47,878 nucleotides of DNA from an uncultured Anaerolineaceae bacterium (GTDB taxonomy: Bacteria; Chloroflexota; Anaerolineae; Anaerolineales; Anaerolineaceae): positions 1-47,878 of the forward strand of contig CAZJLN010000001.1 in the NCBI GenBank assembly GCA_964546745.1, in the 5' to 3' direction. The position numbers and the translations under genes were made by a program. A model generated the notes under the pieces. The model had not been told where the DNA came from, did no database searches, and saw only the letters and a program-made list of their open reading frames with translations. Below, piece by piece: positions 45,295 through 47,878 of this stretch; the first letter of the stretch is position 1, and the number at the start of each line of letters is the position of its first letter.

Positions 45295-45762
45295 ATGACA
45301 TCTCTTAAACCAAATTACCCTTCTAGCTTCTCATATTTTCATCCTATCACTGTGCGTTATTCAGATCTTGATCCTCAACAGCATGTCAACAACGCCGCAG
45401 TCATAACTTATCTTGAATCTGCGCGGATGGGTTATTATCAGGCTAGTAGCATTTGGGATGGAAAGAGCTTTGACCAATTTGGCATGGTTGTTGCCGCGAT
45501 TCATATCGACTATCTGAGTCCCATCCGATTCAACCAGGCAGTTCAGGTCGGTCTCAGCATTATCCACATGGGCAAGAAAAGCCTGCGCTTTGCCTTTCAG
45601 GTCAATGAAGTATCCTCCGATTTGATCTTTGCTCGCGGTGAGATTGTCATGGTAGCATATGACCCACAGGCAGAGCATTCCACCCCAATTCCTTCGGAAT
45701 GGCGCGAAAAGATAAACCAATTTGAACAAAATGGAGATAATAATGTCCCTACCAACAATTGA
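45295..45762 (+). CDS. Acyl-CoA thioesterase, hotdog fold (YbgC/4HBT-like)
   Basis: 155 aa. The N-terminus VRYSDLDPQQHVNNAAVITYLESAR is the 4HBT class catalytic Asp region. Confidence 0.8.
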   Translation: MTSLKPNYPSSFSYFHPITVRYSDLDPQQHVNNAAVITYLESARMGYYQASSIWDGKSFDQFGMVVAAIHIDYLSPIRFNQAVQVGLSIIHMGKKSLRFAFQVNEVSSDLIFARGEIVMVAYDPQAEHSTPIPSEWREKINQFEQNGDNNVPTNN

Positions 45763-46789
45763 TGAAACTTACTTCCTTGAATTTCTAATTCGTTTGCTTA
45801 AGACTCCCAGCCCCACCGGATTTACTGAAAAAGCTATAGACCTGGTAGAACAGGAACTGACTGCATTTCCAGAACTGCAAATCAGCCGAACCCGTAAAGG
45901 GGCTTTGCTAGCCCTATTCCCCGGTGAAGACACCTCGGTGATACATGCCATTACTGCTCATACAGACACTCTGGGTGCAATGGTCAAAGAAATCAAAGGC
46001 AGCGGCAGACTTAAGCTGACCAAGATCGGCGGCTTTGCCTGGAATACCGTTGAAGGAGAAGGTTGCCTGGTTCACACCCGATCTGGTAGTGCAGTCCGCG
46101 GATCTCTCCTGCTGCATAAAGCATCCTCCCATGTTCATGGATCTGCGGTAAATGAGGATAAAAGAGACGACGACGCCATGGAAGTTCGTCTGGATGCCCG
46201 AACACTCAGCGCTGATGAAACCCGCGGGCTGGGCGTTGAGATAGGCGACTTTGTCTCCTTTGATTCGCGCGTGGAAGTTGTCAATGGATTTGTGCGCTCA
46301 CGACACTTAGACGATAAAGCCTGTGTTGCTAACCTAGTATCTGCCATCCACACCCTTCATCAAGCAGGTCTCAAGCCAAAAGTAACGACCCTCTTCCATT
46401 TTAGCAATTATGAAGAAGTTGGGCATGGGGCAGCCGCCGGAATACCCACTGAAGCAAGCGAGCTGATTTCGGTAGACATGGCGGCTGTTGGCGATGGACA
46501 ATATTCAGACGAATTCCATGCTTCTTTATGTGTCAAAGATTCAGGTGGTCCTTATCATCATGGGCTGAGCAACAAGATGCGTGACCTTGCTGAGAAGTAC
46601 GGCATTCCCTATAAGGTGGATATCTACCCTCAGTATGGGTCTGATGGAGAAGCCTTTTGGCGCGCCGGAGGTGATGTAGCCGTGGCACTCATTGGTCCGG
46701 GTGTGGATGCCTCGCATAACTACGAGCGCACCCATATGGAAGCTCTTCTGGCAACCACTCAGTGGGTTCTAGCGTATCTGCTTAATTAG
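45743..46789 (+). CDS. M42-family metallo-aminopeptidase (FrvX/PepA-like)
   Basis: LLKTPSPTGFTEKA, AHTDTLG, RHLDDKA, NYEEVGHGAA and PGVDASHNYE are the M42 metal-ligand blocks. I prefer ATG at 45743 (MSLPTIDE) with GGAG 6 nt upstream; the track start is 45722. It overlaps the thioesterase 3' end. Confidence 0.85.
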   Translation: MSLPTIDETYFLEFLIRLLKTPSPTGFTEKAIDLVEQELTAFPELQISRTRKGALLALFPGEDTSVIHAITAHTDTLGAMVKEIKGSGRLKLTKIGGFAWNTVEGEGCLVHTRSGSAVRGSLLLHKASSHVHGSAVNEDKRDDDAMEVRLDARTLSADETRGLGVEIGDFVSFDSRVEVVNGFVRSRHLDDKACVANLVSAIHTLHQAGLKPKVTTLFHFSNYEEVGHGAAAGIPTEASELISVDMAAVGDGQYSDEFHASLCVKDSGGPYHHGLSNKMRDLAEKYGIPYKVDIYPQYGSDGEAFWRAGGDVAVALIGPGVDASHNYERTHMEALLATTQWVLAYLLN

Positions 46790-46866
46790 TCCAAGGCAAT
46801 CTGTGCATTATTAACATTTCATCATAAAGTCTTTACAGACAAGACTCTTATACCTTTATTTGGTAG

Positions 46867-46910
46867 AATCAAATTACCTAGAGAGATAATTTCTCACAGG
46901 TAATTTGATT
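46867..46910. promoter_or_regulatory. 13-bp perfect inverted repeat (operator or 5'-leader hairpin) overlapping a TGgTAGAAT extended -10 upstream of clpC
   Basis: AATCAAATTACCT (46867-46879), 18 nt, then AGGTAATTTGATT (46898-46910). TAGAAT lies at 46864-46869, preceded by TGg. GGAGG at 46915-46919. Confidence 0.45.
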
Positions 46911-46935
46911 TTATGGAGGTAATGCCTTGGCTGGC

Positions 46936-47878
46936 ATGGAACAATTTACCCAGAAAGCAAAACGGGTACTCAGCCTGGCTCAAAAAGAAGCAGAGCATCT
47001 GCAAAAAGAGCATATTGGCACAGAGCATTTTTTGCTTGCACTGATGCTTGAAGAAGGCGGGATTGCCAACCGCGTTCTACGCGATCTAGGACTTGAGCTT
47101 GAAGGGGTAAAACAACTGGTTATTGATCTAACGGGCATGGGAACTTATACAGGCAGGATCACGCTGGCGCTGGACTCACAGCGTTTATTAGAACTTGCCA
47201 TTGAAGAAGCAAAAAAAAGCGGACAGCCCAGTGTGGGTACTGAACATATCCTGCTGGCGATGACTCATCTAGAGGAATCAACCGCAATGCAAATCCTGAC
47301 CAGTCTAGGATACACACCGGAACAAATTCGTCGGCATACTCGCCGTATCATCCTCGAAACTCGGCAGGAAACACGAGATGAAGAAAACACCTCCATCGTC
47401 CCACAAGCCCCTGCCGGACGCTCTACCCCGAAGCGCGAAAAAAAGGAAGCAGGGAAAACCCCTCTGGTGGATCAACTTGCTACGGATCTGACTTCTCTTG
47501 CAGAACAAGGCAAACTGGATCCCGTCATAGGGCGACAAAAAGAAATTGAACGCGTCATTCAGATTTTAGCGCGCCGTACTAAAAACAATCCTGCGTTGAT
47601 TGGCGAACCTGGAGTGGGTAAGACTGCCATTGTTGAAGGTCTGGCACAGCGCATTATCGAAGGCAATGTCCCTGCCTTATTATTGGACAAGCGCGTGCTG
47701 CAGCTGGATGTGGGCTCGCTAGTGGCGGGCACCATGTATCGAGGTCAGTTTGAGGAACGCCTGAAACGCGTCATTGATGAGCTTAAAGCTTCTGAAAATA
47801 TCCTCTTTATTGACGAAGTACACATGCTGGTCGGCGCAGGTTCTGCCGGCTCCAGTGTTGATGCGGCAAATATTCTCA
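46936..47878 (+). CDS. clpC: ATP-dependent Clp protease ATP-binding subunit ClpC, N-terminal part (continues beyond the right edge)
   Basis: Missing from the ORF track because it is open at the edge. [37 protein letters not shown] and a second Clp_N repeat ([10 protein letters not shown]). Then [47 protein letters not shown] and [14 protein letters not shown]. An in-frame TTG at 46927 is an alternative start. Confidence 0.9.
   Translation, partial: MEQFTQKAKRVLSLAQKEAEHLQKEHIGTEHFLLALMLEEGGIANRVLRDLGLELEGVKQLVIDLTGMGTYTGRITLALDSQRLLELAIEEAKKSGQPSVGTEHILLAMTHLEESTAMQILTSLGYTPEQIRRHTRRIILETRQETRDEENTSIVPQAPAGRSTPKREKKEAGKTPLVDQLATDLTSLAEQGKLDPVIGRQKEIERVIQILARRTKNNPALIGEPGVGKTAIVEGLAQRIIEGNVPALLLDKRVLQLDVGSLVAGTMYRGQFEERLKRVIDELKASENILFIDEVHMLVGAGSAGSSVDAANIL

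Noticed and set aside
45361-45729. 122-aa ORF antisense to the thioesterase gene. There are also several 60-74-aa ORFs antisense to the M42 gene (45769-46735).
   Set aside because: These are shadow ORFs. The sense-strand genes have clear family signatures and ribosome-binding sites.
47305-47538. 77-aa ORF antisense to clpC.
   Set aside because: It lies inside the ClpC linker/AAA+ coding region, whose sense frame carries the Walker A motif and other hallmarks.
1-47878. Looked for CRISPR arrays, tRNA/rRNA genes, IS elements, integrases, phage genes, toxin-antitoxin pairs and known defence-system hallmarks (nucleases, helicases, reverse transcriptases, TIR/SIR2 and similar).
   Set aside because: By eye I saw no regularly spaced repeats, cloverleaf-like sequences or such protein signatures in any frame. 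A proper tRNAscan/Infernal/defence-HMM run is still needed to exclude small or divergent elements.

Overview
This 47.9 kb window reads as bacterial chromosomal DNA. It is a cell-envelope glycan biosynthesis region with a complete phosphate (Pho) regulon block set into it. I found no rRNA, tRNA, CRISPR array, transposase or integrase. Left to right: (1) a truncated ABC substrate-binding lipoprotein gene. (2) An AT-rich polytopic membrane protein gene. (3) rmlC-rmlB-rmlA-rmlD for dTDP-L-rhamnose, on the minus strand. (4) A bi-domain MDR + Gfo/Idh/MocA oxidoreductase. (5) A corA-like gene and a flavodoxin-like gene. (6) pstB, then divergently pstS-pstC-pstA-pstB2, with phoU convergent. (7) A minus-strand operon of heparinase II/III-like, GT4, phoB and phoR. 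(8) A roughly 17 kb markedly AT-rich block at about 21.0-38.5 kb. Its first part is a tight seven-gene operon: ddhA, ddhB, ddhC, a ThDP enzyme, an SDR reductase, a GtrB-like GT2 and a polytopic membrane protein. I read this as a yersiniose-type branched 3,6-dideoxyhexose pathway coupled to lipid-carrier glycosylation. The rest of the block holds a methyltransferase, an esterase-family lipoprotein, a 1168-aa three-GT-domain protein with a coiled coil, and another large membrane protein. (9) spoVS, a deoxynucleoside kinase, two tandem secreted M14 carboxypeptidase paralogs, an MFS transporter, an Rrf2 regulator, a hotdog thioesterase, an M42 peptidase and the 5' part of clpC. The items most worth following up are: the branched-sugar/Gtr-type operon; the coupling of phoBR to glycan genes; a 66-aa module shared by the methyltransferase and the giant GT; the M14 paralog lacking the catalytic Glu and the shared C-terminal tails; and a 13-bp perfect inverted repeat on the clpC promoter. 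I did not recognise a defence or toxin system. All functional calls come from reading the translated ORFs against remembered family motifs. No database search was run.
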